Assembly (NCBI GenBank): GCA_026982335.1
Contig: JALSHH010000044.1
Span: 85 to 64,084, forward strand
DNA length: 64,000 bases
Direction: 5' to 3'
Source of the DNA: Phycisphaerales bacterium
GTDB taxonomy: Bacteria; Planctomycetota; Phycisphaerae; Phycisphaerales; UBA1924
The notes under the pieces are model-generated. The model ran no database searches. It saw only the letters and a list, made by a program, of their open reading frames with translations, and had not been told where the DNA came from. How positions within the stretch are numbered: the first letter of the stretch is position 1; each line of letters opens with the position of its first letter. Shown in pieces: positions 45,971 to 56,310 of the stretch. A program made the translations under genes and the position numbers.

Positions 45971-46699
45971 TCAGCGGTGGCGCAGGCGTTTGAAGGCTGC
46001 CAATCCACCGAGCCCCAAAATCCCCGCCAATGCCGAGCTCGGCAAAGGCACAACTTGGATGGTGTACGACAAGAATTGCCCCGACAACGATTGATTGGTC
46101 CACCAATCGGTCGACGAGCTCAATCTGCTCAGGTGATCGATCCCCGCATCCCCAGTATTGCCTCCGGTTGAAACGATATCAAACTCAATCACATCACCAT
46201 CACCGAGTCCAAGGGCTGCAAGTGAAACCGCAATGCGCTGAATACCCGCTGCGTGATCAACATCATCCCCAAATACCTCTGTTCCACTCGCCCATGTTGC
46301 ATCGGTCATGCCCCATGAAGACCCATTCCATGCATGCACGCCAGCACCAACACCGGACCCCGCATCATCAGCCCATGAACCTACGAAATCAGTGATACCT
46401 CGTCCCCAATTGATGTTTCGCCCCCAAGGGTTCGAGTTATCACCCGCATTGCGTCCGGTATCCATCCCGATGAGGTACTTGCCCCAGTTGGCCGCATCAA
46501 GATCACCCGCCACACTAATGGCAAAGTAGATGAAGTGAGCATCATTGGTGACTTCAACCGAGGTAATATCGAGTATGTCGGCGCCAGTGATGTTGCCGTG
46601 GACATCACCGACCTGATCAGCGTATACATCGGCCTGAGCGTTCCCGGCAATCAGCGCGAGCATCCCTGCCATGACCAATCCTTTTTGCACAATTTGCAT
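45971..46699 (-). CDS. PEP-CTERM-anchored secreted protein (paralog of 44927..45643)
   Basis: Collinear motifs (VEVTNDAHFIYFAISVAGDLDAANWGKYLIGMDTGR...DFVGSWADD...IQRIAVSL) and C-terminus VPLPSSALAGILGLGGLAAFKRLRHR. The start is taken at MQIVQKG (ATG 46699). Confidence 0.8.
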   Translation of the reverse strand: MQIVQKGLVMAGMLALIAGNAQADVYADQVGDVHGNITGADILDITSVEVTNDAHFIYFAISVAGDLDAANWGKYLIGMDTGRNAGDNSNPWGRNINWGRGITDFVGSWADDAGSGVGAGVHAWNGSSWGMTDATWASGTEVFGDDVDHAAGIQRIAVSLAALGLGDGDVIEFDIVSTGGNTGDAGIDHLSRLSSSTDWWTNQSLSGQFLSYTIQVVPLPSSALAGILGLGGLAAFKRLRHR

Positions 46700-46924
46700 C
46701 GTTCTCTCCCTTGAAATCGGTTTCCAATCTACGCGCATCACATCGGATGTGCAATGCGCAAACGGTATCGAGTCCCCCACACCCACAACTCGGTGTGCAT
46801 ACGAAAATGAGACATAAGGGTACGCGAAACATCTTTCCCACACAATACCTTAATTGGAAGTTTACACCATTTTTTTTCGCCCTTTTTGGGTCAAAAGAGC
46901 GTATGAAAGCCCCCTTCCCTCCCC

Positions 46925-49030
46925 TTACAGTCCCGAAGTGATCTTGCCAGGTTCCATATCTGGCTGCACACCAAGATAAGGGAGGGTGTGTTCAACAATT
47001 CGGCGTACCACCGGACCTGCCACCCATGAACCGAAATGCTGATTTTTCCTAACCCGTTCTGGGCCGATGTCATCAATCACCACGAGCACCACGATCTGTG
47101 GCTCATCGGCCGGGGCAGCAACAATAAAACTTGAATAGTGCTGTTTCTCGTAGTACCCCTTGGTTCCATTGGGACGAACCATCCCCGGTGGAGGCACCAT
47201 CGCAATTTGCGAGGTTCCAGACTTGCCAAACATCGAATACCTCGGCGCAGGATCATCGGGATACTGGCGAGCGGCATTTTTATCCATCCGCTCAGCAACC
47301 TCACGCATCGGCCCGATCGTCCGATGCGCCGACTCGGCAGAGAACACCCGCTCGACGACAATCTCATCGCCGACCATGCCGGGTTTGTTCCGATCGCCCG
47401 CTGCGGTCAATCGAATCTCGGGCAATGTTCCTGCCATGTCGCCTGTGCGTGCAAAGACCGAGAATGCCCGAACCATCTGGATTGGGGTGACGGCCACCGC
47501 ATAGCCCATCCCCACCGAAGTCTGCGTGTAATCCGTCCAATCCTTCTTCGATCGAACAATCCCACTGGCCTCACCGGGCAACCCGATCCCGGTTCGATTG
47601 CCAAATCCGAGTGATTTCACCATCAGGCGGAGTTCGTCATGGCTCAGCCGAGCGGTTGCTTTCCACATCCCGATATTCGATGAATACCGGAGTACCGCGT
47701 CCCAGTTGTCGAGATCGGGATACGAATACACATCGGTGATAACCCGTCCATATTCAGTTCGGGCCGACTTCTGCTTGATGTCGAGCACCTCGTCATCGGG
47801 CAAAAGCCCCTCCGACTTGGCGAGTGTCCAGGCGAAGGGTTTAAAGGTTGATCCGGGTTCGTAGACATCCTGCAAGCATCGGTTGTAGGCCAGCGCGGGC
47901 TCGGTTTCCCGATTGGGATCATCGCGGAGCACCTTGTATCTGGGCTGATCCTTCACATCAGGCATCATCGGGCGAGGTATGTCCGATTTGGGATCCCACC
48001 ACTGCACCGTTTGCAGATTCGGAATTTCGCGAAGCACATCGGTCATAGCGAGCACCTCGCCGGTGTGTGGATTGAGCACAATCGCCCGTCCGCCCGCCGC
48101 ATCGGCATCCGCAACCCCGCGCACAAGCTGTTCGTGCACCATGCGCTGGAGTTCGAGGTCGATACTCAATCGGACATCTTGCCCTTTGCTGCTCTCAACC
48201 CAAGCCCCGCGCTGGACCCAAAGCGGACGGCCCTTGGCATCGCGGACATAGGTCTTTGATCCGTCCTCGCCGATGAGTCGATCGTTAAAAAGTTTCTCCG
48301 CACCGAGTACTCCGGTGCGCGCGGTGCCTTCGGATGTGAATCCGAACTTGCCCACGATCGAGCCGACCAAATCTTCGCTGGTCTGCACACGCACAGAAGT
48401 ATGCTCAAGTGTCACCCCCGGCAAATTCTCCTCCTCGATAAACTCGCGCAAACGCCGGGTGTTGGCCTGATCCATCGGCGATCCCATCGGAAGATAGCGA
48501 GAAAGCTTGGCTGTCTTGGCTGTTGATTCTTCGCGGGTACCAAGTGCTGCCATCATGGGCGACCCCGAACCTGATCGAATCGCTTTGGACTTGATCGTTG
48601 CTCGAATCTGCTCGTTGCGCACCATCCTTGAAATCAATCGATCCGCAATCTGATCAATCGGCAGGTCAATGACCTGCCCGAGACTCACAATCACCCGATC
48701 AATCGCTGCCGGGTCTTTTTCCATCGCCTGATGCAACCTCACCGGATCGACAATCACGCGATACCCAATGCGTGTTGTTGCCAAGACTCGTCCTCGCCGA
48801 TCAAGTAGATCACCCCGTATAGATTTGAGTGTCTCTGTAGTCTGGCGTGCTGCAACAAACCCTTTGAGCTGTTCGCCGGGCGCAACTTGAAGCTGCACCA
48901 CGCGCCCGACCACAATGGCCAATCCCAAAAGTGTTCCCACACGAAGCATCCATGCGATCTGAATGCTTCGCACATCTTGACGAGTATTCATCGTTGCTGC
49001 ATCCAGCAAAGCATCGCGTTCATTGTGCAT
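46925..49030 (-). CDS. ftsI: Class B penicillin-binding protein (FtsI-type transpeptidase)
   Basis: STFK (SxxK), SSN and KSGTS motifs in order, an N-terminal TM anchor, and a position after an ftsL-like gene in a dcw-like cluster. Confidence 0.88.
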   Translation of the reverse strand: MHNERDALLDAATMNTRQDVRSIQIAWMLRVGTLLGLAIVVGRVVQLQVAPGEQLKGFVAARQTTETLKSIRGDLLDRRGRVLATTRIGYRVIVDPVRLHQAMEKDPAAIDRVIVSLGQVIDLPIDQIADRLISRMVRNEQIRATIKSKAIRSGSGSPMMAALGTREESTAKTAKLSRYLPMGSPMDQANTRRLREFIEEENLPGVTLEHTSVRVQTSEDLVGSIVGKFGFTSEGTARTGVLGAEKLFNDRLIGEDGSKTYVRDAKGRPLWVQRGAWVESSKGQDVRLSIDLELQRMVHEQLVRGVADADAAGGRAIVLNPHTGEVLAMTDVLREIPNLQTVQWWDPKSDIPRPMMPDVKDQPRYKVLRDDPNRETEPALAYNRCLQDVYEPGSTFKPFAWTLAKSEGLLPDDEVLDIKQKSARTEYGRVITDVYSYPDLDNWDAVLRYSSNIGMWKATARLSHDELRLMVKSLGFGNRTGIGLPGEASGIVRSKKDWTDYTQTSVGMGYAVAVTPIQMVRAFSVFARTGDMAGTLPEIRLTAAGDRNKPGMVGDEIVVERVFSAESAHRTIGPMREVAERMDKNAARQYPDDPAPRYSMFGKSGTSQIAMVPPPGMVRPNGTKGYYEKQHYSSFIVAAPADEPQIVVLVVIDDIGPERVRKNQHFGSWVAGPVVRRIVEHTLPYLGVQPDMEPGKITSGL

Positions 49031-49044
49031 GGGTAACCTTCATC

Positions 49045-49443
49045 TCACTCATTGAGCAGGATCACAGCGGATCCATCTTCGAGAATCCATGAATGCTGGA
49101 TTTTGAAATCATCATCCCCCCCTCCTTGGATATCGAGAGATTCGGCTCCAGATACAAACTCTGGATCAATCCTCACCATCCACTTGGCAGGATGATGCAC
49201 CGCCGGGCTATATTGCCCTTGCGCTTCGAGCAATGCAACCACTCGGTCGGGTGTGCATGCCTGGGCAATTCGCGTACGAATTTCACGGGCCTGCTCATTG
49301 AGTCTTTGTGTCCGGTGCCTTGCCTCGGCCATCTCATGAGCTGCCTGCAAACGGGACTGGCGTACCGATAGCAATCCTACGCCGCTACTCCCACACACCA
49401 AAATCAAAACCACCAACTTCATGAACACATCGAACTCCAACAC
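49045..49443 (-). CDS. FtsL-like small bitopic cell-division protein
   Basis: 132 aa with a TM helix followed by a coiled-coil-like segment (RQSRLQAAHEMAEARHRTQRLNEQAREIR), located directly upstream of ftsI. The call is by position and architecture. Confidence 0.55.
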   Translation of the reverse strand: MLEFDVFMKLVVLILVCGSSGVGLLSVRQSRLQAAHEMAEARHRTQRLNEQAREIRTRIAQACTPDRVVALLEAQGQYSPAVHHPAKWMVRIDPEFVSGAESLDIQGGGDDDFKIQHSWILEDGSAVILLNE

Positions 49444-49460
49444 TCGATCAGGTTGTACGC

Positions 49461-50318
49461 TTATTTCGCCGGAATCTTGAGTGACATCCCAATGCGGATA
49501 TTGTTGGCACTTTCCAACCCGTTGAGCTTGGCAATCTCGGCGGCTCGTTTAGAAGTACCCAGCAGTTTCATTGAAATCTCGCCGAGGGTGTCACCTGAGA
49601 CGACGGTGTAGGTCCTCTTTGATGGCAACGATCGTCGTGTAGTGTTGGACTGGGCATCGCCCGCTTTGGCATCGTATGGAAGTTTAATATCCATTCCGAT
49701 CTTGAGGATTGCATCGGGCCCGAGCACATCGGCATTGAGTCGATGGATTTCCGCCCACCGCTTTTCATCGCCAAGTATCTGCCGAGCAATGGCAATGAGG
49801 GTGTCACCTTTGACGACTTTGTATTTGCGAAACCGCCCCTCAGGCAGCGGACGAGGATTCGTAAGCATCGGCCTTGAAGCGATCTGGGCAGCTCTGGGAA
49901 GCTCGAGGTCTTGGACATGCTCCATCGCACGATCCAGAATCGAATTTGCAGAATTGTTTTTGGCATTGGTTACCTGAGCCTTGGTCGTGGCATCTCGACT
50001 GCTGTTCGAGATTATCACAGGACTGGTCGATTGGCCCAGCCGAACCAAGGTATGCTGACGATCATCCATCGCTTGATCGAACGCAGAGTCAAGCCTGCGC
50101 TCTTCGTGCTGACCCAAATCGGTAAGGGGGACAATCACCCGCGCAACTTCCGGATCTTGAGAATCGAGCGACATGGAATTGGCCTGCGAGAAGTGATCGG
50201 AAACGAGCACACCCACGACAAGCACAAGTACGAATCCGATGATGAGGGCGAGTTTGCTTTCTCTGGTCACGGTCGCTTCCTTGCGGGTGAGGGAATATGT
50301 CAGGTACGCGCAGGCCAT
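49461..50318 (-). CDS. Membrane-anchored protein with two LysM domains
   Basis: YKVVKGDTLIAIARQILGDEKRWAEIHRLNADVL...IKLP and YTVVSGDTLGEISMKLLGTSKRAAEIAKLNGL...LKIP. The start is uncertain, with ORF-track Met at 50360 and an internal Met at 50318. Confidence 0.8.
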   Translation of the reverse strand: MACAYLTYSLTRKEATVTRESKLALIIGFVLVLVVGVLVSDHFSQANSMSLDSQDPEVARVIVPLTDLGQHEERRLDSAFDQAMDDRQHTLVRLGQSTSPVIISNSSRDATTKAQVTNAKNNSANSILDRAMEHVQDLELPRAAQIASRPMLTNPRPLPEGRFRKYKVVKGDTLIAIARQILGDEKRWAEIHRLNADVLGPDAILKIGMDIKLPYDAKAGDAQSNTTRRSLPSKRTYTVVSGDTLGEISMKLLGTSKRAAEIAKLNGLESANNIRIGMSLKIPAK

Positions 50319-50340
50319 CCTTGACCCGCTCAAACAAAAT

Positions 50341-51324
50341 CTATCCGCTCGCGTCTCCACGAACCGACCGACATACCCGTAGCTTGGCCGACCTGGCCCG
50401 TGGGTTCAACGCGATCTGGGCATCAGTGCCGACAACCACGCCTTTGGTGATCGGCTTGGCCCATCCCGATTTGACCCACTCCCCAAACGCCCGTTTCACC
50501 GGGCGGTCTTCGAGCGAATGAAACGCGATGACCGCGACCCGTGCACCTTGACCGATCCAACTCGATTCCTCACCTGTCCCAGTTTGGGACTGTTTGCGAA
50601 GCGCGATGCCCATGACTCGAAGCAGCGCTTCGAGGCTGCCAATTTCATCATTGACCGCGATCCGCAACGCCTGAAAGGTCTTCGTTGCCGGATTGATCGA
50701 ACCGCGAGGTCCGCGGCTGACCGAACGAACAAGTTCGGCAAGCCGATCAGTGGTTGTAATCGGCTCAACCTCCCGCGCAGCAACAAGTTTTGATGCGATA
50801 CGACGGGCCGATTTTTCTTCGCCATAGCGCCAAATGATCTCTGCCAAATCTCGTTCGGGGAGAGTGTTTACTAACTCCGCTGCGGTCATCGGCATCAACT
50901 GATCCAGCCGCATATCCAAAGGCCCAGAAAACCGGAAACTCAACCCACGCCCAGGATCATCTATCTGTGTGCTGGCAAACCCTAAATCGGCCAGAATCAT
51001 GTCCGCTGACAACCCCAGTTCCCGCACCCTGATCGGCAACTCGGCAAAATTCCCTCGAATCGCATGGACCTTGGCCGCCTCAGGATCATCAGGACAGAGC
51101 GCCTTGGCCACATTGACTTTGGCACGATCCAGATTCCTTTGATCCAGGTCATTGAGCACGACAGTACCCGTCGGACCAAGCTTCTGGGCAATCAGTGCAG
51201 CGTGCCCTCCGAGACCGGCGGTGCAATCGACGAAGACTTCGCCGAGCTGAGGATCGAGCAACTCGACCACCTCGTCGGGCAGCACCGGGATATGGCCGAG
51301 CTCGTCTGGTTTTCCATCAGGCAT
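50341..51324 (-). CDS. rsmH: 16S rRNA (cytosine1402-N4)-methyltransferase RsmH/MraW
   Basis: HIPVLPDEVVELL...FVDCTAGLGGHA...DLGFASTQID...RGLSFR...FHSLEDRPVK. Confidence 0.94.
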   Translation of the reverse strand: MPDGKPDELGHIPVLPDEVVELLDPQLGEVFVDCTAGLGGHAALIAQKLGPTGTVVLNDLDQRNLDRAKVNVAKALCPDDPEAAKVHAIRGNFAELPIRVRELGLSADMILADLGFASTQIDDPGRGLSFRFSGPLDMRLDQLMPMTAAELVNTLPERDLAEIIWRYGEEKSARRIASKLVAAREVEPITTTDRLAELVRSVSRGPRGSINPATKTFQALRIAVNDEIGSLEALLRVMGIALRKQSQTGTGEESSWIGQGARVAVIAFHSLEDRPVKRAFGEWVKSGWAKPITKGVVVGTDAQIALNPRARSAKLRVCRSVRGDASG

Positions 51325-51364
51325 CGAGAAAGGATAGACCACTCTGATCTCCCTATCCTCATCC

Positions 51365-51730
51365 GTGCCCGATCCAGATTTCATCCTTACCACCGCCAAC
51401 GACCAGGCCGATGTCGCCCAGATCATCTATGGGCTCTCCATCCGAGGCATCCGCGCCAAAGTGCTCGAAACACACAAAAAAAGGGGAGACCGATTTCAGG
51501 TCGTGCTCGAATCCCCCACCCCGATCCAGCTTCGGATCGCCGAAGAATCCATCGCGAGCATCTGGGATGCGATTCTCGATGAATACGAACGGGCAGTCAC
51601 GCTCAGCGGGCATTGCTCCTTCTGTCAGTACGATGTCGCCGGACTCCCCCGCCCGACCACCTGCCCAGAATGCGGCGTCAACCTCGACTCCATCGCGGCC
51701 CGCCGGGCGATGCGCGATGGAAAAAGATGA
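51365..51730 (+). CDS. Hypothetical DUF2007-like protein with C-terminal zinc ribbon
   Basis: 121 codons with strongly host-like third-position bias, unlike the overlapping antisense ORF. Contains CSFCQYD...CPECG. It has a GTG start and is divergent from rsmH. Confidence 0.55.
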   Translation: MPDPDFILTTANDQADVAQIIYGLSIRGIRAKVLETHKKRGDRFQVVLESPTPIQLRIAEESIASIWDAILDEYERAVTLSGHCSFCQYDVAGLPRPTTCPECGVNLDSIAARRAMRDGKR

Positions 51731-52328
51731 ACATTGGACAGCAGACCATGTGCCCGGCAGCATGCTGCCGGACGATTCGCCTGGCTGATCAATCGAAACT
51801 ATGGAAGTCGACTCATTCGTCCGCATGGCCTGAATCAGTCGCTGGGCAAACTCCCGACGACCCGGCGCCGACAAGGCTGAAAAGCAGGTTGGCTCGTGCC
51901 CCTCGGGAAATACTTTGTGGTTCGGCCACCGGACTCCATCACAATCGCCATCCACACATGCGCCCGATCGCTTTTGATCCCAAACCACGAGCGGATCACC
52001 ATCGGTTCAAACCTGCCATCCCAGCAGCACCCATTGATGCGAACTCAATCCCCCGCTGCTCACACACAAACAACCCTCGCCCAAAATCTGCGATTTTGTC
52101 TGTTTTTTCTGTATTTTCGGTCATACAGCCCTTCCGGTTTCTTACACGAGTTTGCAGTCTCGAAGCAGCAAAACAACAGCAGATGCGCTATAATCAACCG
52201 TACGAAAAGCGGCCAAACCGCTCTGTATACACACGATACCATACATCATCAATTCACCGTTCGGCTTTCATCATTTCACCCACCACTTTCCCCGAACAGG
52301 CGATGCTTCAGACAGACCCAAATACACC

Positions 52329-54986
52329 ATGACCGACCAACCAAACACCCCCCCGGCTTCAGCATCAATACCCAATGCTGAGTACTCCTCCGACCAGATC
52401 AAGGTCCTCGAAGGGCTCGAAGCTGTCCGCAAACGCCCCGGCATGTATATCGGAGGCACAGGGCTCGGCGCACTCCATCATCTCGTCTACGAAGTCGTCG
52501 ATAACTCGATCGACGAAGCAATGGCGGATTTCGCGACCTTTGTTTCGGTGACGATTCAGGCCGACGGCTCGATCAAGGTAACGGACGACGGGCGTGGCAT
52601 CCCCACCGATCCCGTTACCAATGACGACCCCACAATTCATGGCAAGCCTGCCATTGAGGTTGTCCTGACCAAACTTCACGCCGGTGGTAAATTTCAGCAG
52701 GAAGGTTCCGCCTACAAAGTCTCAGGCGGTCTTCACGGCGTGGGTGTCTCGTGTGTCAACGCCCTCTCGTCAATGCTCGAAGCAGAGGTCTGGCGTGATG
52801 GAGAAATCAAGGCCATCGTCTTCGAGCGAGGTGTCGTCACCAAACCGCTCTATCGTGTAGGTCAAATCCCCGAAAACGCCACACGCAAAACCGGCACCAC
52901 CATCGTTTTCAAACCTGACACCGAAATCTTTGAAGATGTCACTTTCGATTATGCAACCCTTGCTCATCGCTTGCGTGAACTGGCCTACCTCAACCCCGGA
53001 GTTACCATTCGTCTCACCGACGAGCGTGTAGGTGCCGATGGCAAGATCAAGCATGATACTTTCAAGGCTGATAATGGATTGCTCGAGTATGTCATCCACC
53101 TCATGAAGGGCAAGACCGCTCTTTCTTCGCCGATCTTTCTACGAAATGAAATTCCAGAAGAGAACATGCTCTGCGAGATCGCGCTTCAATACCACGACGG
53201 CTACTCCGAAAACCTCCTCACCTTCGCCAATAACATCAACAATGCTGACGGAGGAACACACGGGCAAGGATTCAAAACTGCCCTCACCCGCACACTCAAT
53301 GGCTATGCCCGCCGACTTGGTTTCCTCAAAGACAAAGACCCCAACCCATCGGGTGATGACCTGCGTGAAGGCTTGATCGCCATCATCTCCGTCAAACTCC
53401 CCGACCCGCAGTTCAACAATCAGCCCAAGGAAAAACTCCTCAACCCTGAAATTGAATCCTTTGTCTCAGGCACCGTCCAAGAAGCCCTCAACAACTGGCT
53501 CGAAGAGCACCCGGCCGAAGCCAAAAAACTTTGTTTGAAAGGGATCGTCGCGGCCCAAGCGCGTGAAGCCGCCCGCAAAGCTCGGGAATTGACTCGACGC
53601 AAGACTGCCCTTGATTCAGGCTCGATGCCCCACAAACTCCGCGATTGTAAAACCAAGGACCTTGATCGGGCCGAGCTCTTCATCGTCGAAGGCGATTCGG
53701 CGGGTGGATCCGCCACCCAAGGGCGTGATGTCGAAACACAGGCAATCTTGCCTCTCAAAGGGAAAATTCTCAATGTCGAACGCGCACGCATCGACAAGGT
53801 GCTCGGCTTTGAAGAAATTCGCACGCTCATCGGCGCCCTTCGCTGTGGCATCGGAGGCGATTTCGACATCAGTAAACTCCGCTACGGCAAGATCATCATC
53901 ATGACCGATGCGGATGTCGATGGCTCGCACATCCGCACGCTCTTGTTGACCTTCTTCTTCCGCCACATGAACGAACTGCTCCGGCGCGGACATATCTACA
54001 TCGCCCAACCGCCGTTGTATCAGATTATCAAGGGCAAGAAGTCACAGTATGTGCTCAATGAAAGCAAACTCGATGCGGTGCTCACCGAACTCGGGCTCGA
54101 GGGGTCATCGCTCTTGGTCCGTGATGTCACCAACACTCGCATCGGCGATGAACCCCAAACCCTCACCGAAATCTCAGGCAACGATGCCAAACGACTCGTC
54201 CGCGCCATCGCCCGTTTGGGCGAGCTGGTCGAAGTTGCCGAGCGACGGGGCATCAAGTTTGTTGACCTGCTCGAAGCACGACGCCAAGGCGCGCTCCCAA
54301 CCCACATCGTTGCAACACTAGCCACAAGCGAATATGCTTGGTCAGAATCCGAAGCTTTGCAAATTATTGCCAAAAACAATTGGCGTCATTCGGATGACAT
54401 TGAAGAGGACGCGCCTGAAGGCCTCGAACACCCTCGTACACCATCCGGATTGGGCGCGGTTGCCGAAATCAACTCCCCAATCGCCACCGTTCGTGAACTT
54501 CACGAAAATCGAGAATTGGCCGTCATCTTCACCGAACTTGCCGAACTGGGTATCGACATCAACGACTATGCCTTAATCCAAGAAGAATCGGTTACAGGCG
54601 ACAAAATGCCCGCCCGATTCGCGTGGAGCACAACAAAAACCGGCAAAACCACCAAGCTCGATATCCCCAACGACGAGAATGAAACCGTCTCAGCCGCGAG
54701 CTCAAAGATCGTCGAAGCCGAAAACATCCCCGCCATTCTCACTGCCCTCCACGAAATCGGGCGGCGAGGCATGGAAATCAAGCGATTCAAAGGACTGGGC
54801 GAAATGGATGCCCTCCAACTCTGGGAAACAACAATGGACCATGAAGTCCGCTCAATGTTTCGTGTCCAATGGGATCAAGCGGGTGAAGCCGACAACCTGT
54901 TCTCACTTTTGATGGGTGAGCAGGTTGAGCCTCGCAGAAAATACATCGAAGATCATGCGCTTGAAGTCAAAAACCTCGATATCTGA
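52329..54986 (+). CDS. gyrB: DNA gyrase subunit B
   Basis: YSSDQIKVLEGLEAVRKRPGMYIG, HHLVYEVVDNSIDEA, GGLHGVG, the Toprim EGDSAGG and PLKGKILNVE, plus a long C-terminal-domain insertion as in many Gram-negative GyrB proteins. Confidence 0.97.
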   Translation: MTDQPNTPPASASIPNAEYSSDQIKVLEGLEAVRKRPGMYIGGTGLGALHHLVYEVVDNSIDEAMADFATFVSVTIQADGSIKVTDDGRGIPTDPVTNDDPTIHGKPAIEVVLTKLHAGGKFQQEGSAYKVSGGLHGVGVSCVNALSSMLEAEVWRDGEIKAIVFERGVVTKPLYRVGQIPENATRKTGTTIVFKPDTEIFEDVTFDYATLAHRLRELAYLNPGVTIRLTDERVGADGKIKHDTFKADNGLLEYVIHLMKGKTALSSPIFLRNEIPEENMLCEIALQYHDGYSENLLTFANNINNADGGTHGQGFKTALTRTLNGYARRLGFLKDKDPNPSGDDLREGLIAIISVKLPDPQFNNQPKEKLLNPEIESFVSGTVQEALNNWLEEHPAEAKKLCLKGIVAAQAREAARKARELTRRKTALDSGSMPHKLRDCKTKDLDRAELFIVEGDSAGGSATQGRDVETQAILPLKGKILNVERARIDKVLGFEEIRTLIGALRCGIGGDFDISKLRYGKIIIMTDADVDGSHIRTLLLTFFFRHMNELLRRGHIYIAQPPLYQIIKGKKSQYVLNESKLDAVLTELGLEGSSLLVRDVTNTRIGDEPQTLTEISGNDAKRLVRAIARLGELVEVAERRGIKFVDLLEARRQGALPTHIVATLATSEYAWSESEALQIIAKNNWRHSDDIEEDAPEGLEHPRTPSGLGAVAEINSPIATVRELHENRELAVIFTELAELGIDINDYALIQEESVTGDKMPARFAWSTTKTGKTTKLDIPNDENETVSAASSKIVEAENIPAILTALHEIGRRGMEIKRFKGLGEMDALQLWETTMDHEVRSMFRVQWDQAGEADNLFSLLMGEQVEPRRKYIEDHALEVKNLDI

Positions 54987-55016
54987 TCGCCTCCGATCTG
55001 ATAACTTGCTTCAACC

Positions 55017-55060
55017 CCACACCAAAGAACGCCCCAAAGATGGGGCGTTCTTTGGTGTGG
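55017..55060 (+). terminator. 20-bp perfect hairpin after gyrB
   Basis: CCACACCAAAGAACGCCCCA AAGA TGGGGCGTTCTTTGGTGTGG, with no T-tract following. Confidence 0.6.
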
Positions 55061-55164
55061 CAACACATTCCTGTCGCATGTTTTGGCTCCTGCCTAAGCT
55101 CGTCCTGATTAGAAACGATACTTCCCTCAGCTTTCCCACCCACATCTGCTGCGCATTATCTTCG

Positions 55165-56310
55165 ATGGAATTTGTTATGGACACGGACTCAAGCACCAAG
55201 CTCAACACCCTACGCCTTGCCCAACACGATCTCCAAAAGCTCCTCGAACAGTTTGATCATTCGCAAACCAAATCAAGTCACCCTGACCGTGAATTCGTTC
55301 GATGGACTTATCGTGTCAGCGCCGTAGATCTGATCCTTGAACACTCCACGGGATCGAAAATATCTTTGCCTGTTGCCACCCGTAATATATCCCGCGGAGG
55401 CATTTCCGTTCTTCATTCTGCCTACATCCACACTGGAAATCGTTGTGAGATTGTGCTCCAGATTCCTGGAGGAAAATCACAAGCTATTCCTGCCAAAATC
55501 ATCCGATGCGCTCATATCACCGGGCGTGTGCATGAAGTCGGCATCGCATTTGACGAACAAATCTCCACAAAAGATCTCCTCGGACTCGATCCGCTCAACG
55601 AAGCCTACTCACTCGAGCGGATTCAACCCGACCATCTCCATGGGTCAATCCTCATCGTCACCCAAACAGAACTTGACCGGGACATTATCTTCGTCTTTCT
55701 TGAAGAGACCGGATTGATACTTTCGAGTGCCGATACCATCGAATCTGCTGTGGCCAAGGCATCCAAAGGATGTGACTTGGTCATTGCTGACTTTCACCTC
55801 GGGGATGAATCTGGTGCTGATCTCGTCCGTGCACTTCGATCACAAGGCTCGGACATGCCTGTGATTATTATGACCTCGGACAAGTCTGAATCAGTTCTTG
55901 ACACCATCCGAGACGCCGACGCATCGGGTATCCTTTCTAAACCAATTTCGAACGAGCGTCTTCTCCAAGCATTGGCCGAGTTTCTTCATGCCGATGGCGA
56001 CGGTGGACCACTCTATTCCACACTCACCAACGATGACCCCACTTACCCGCTGCTCAACAAATTTCTTACCGGCATTCCCAAGATGGCACTTGGATTGGAG
56101 AAGGCCATGCAGAATGATGATCTTCAGAGTAGCCTCACAACCTGTCGAGCCCTTTCGGGTGCTGCTTCTCCCTTGGGATTTGAAACTCTTTCTGACCTTG
56201 CTATCGAAGCCGAGAAGCATCTTGATGCCGGTGATCTCAAAGGTGCTTCACCCCATATTCGTGCCCTGATTGTCGCCTGCCGAAGAATCAAGGCAAAACC
56301 TGCTGCATAA
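55165..56310 (+). CDS. PilZ + receiver-like + Hpt-like (His-less) three-domain protein
   Basis: PilZ motifs REFVR (RxxxR) and NISRGG (NxSxxG). The REC-like domain is ILIVTQTELD...DLVIADFHLGDESG...PVIIMTSD...LSKPI. The C-terminal four-helix Hpt-like region reads CRALSGAASPLGF, where HxLKGxAxxxG is expected. Confidence 0.75.
   Translation: MEFVMDTDSSTKLNTLRLAQHDLQKLLEQFDHSQTKSSHPDREFVRWTYRVSAVDLILEHSTGSKISLPVATRNISRGGISVLHSAYIHTGNRCEIVLQIPGGKSQAIPAKIIRCAHITGRVHEVGIAFDEQISTKDLLGLDPLNEAYSLERIQPDHLHGSILIVTQTELDRDIIFVFLEETGLILSSADTIESAVAKASKGCDLVIADFHLGDESGADLVRALRSQGSDMPVIIMTSDKSESVLDTIRDADASGILSKPISNERLLQALAEFLHADGDGGPLYSTLTNDDPTYPLLNKFLTGIPKMALGLEKAMQNDDLQSSLTTCRALSGAASPLGFETLSDLAIEAEKHLDAGDLKGASPHIRALIVACRRIKAKPAA

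Noticed and set aside
51359-52332. ORFs 51359..51988 (minus) and 51613..52332 (plus) as genes
   Set aside because: The first overlaps the better-supported plus-strand zinc-ribbon gene and lacks codon bias. The second is Arg/Pro-rich junk reading into gyrB.
53900-54700. Long extra segment in GyrB (885 aa) as another foreign insertion
   Set aside because: An insertion of about 170 residues at this position of the C-terminal domain is a known feature of many Gram-negative-type GyrB proteins. I noticed no repeats or atypical codons.
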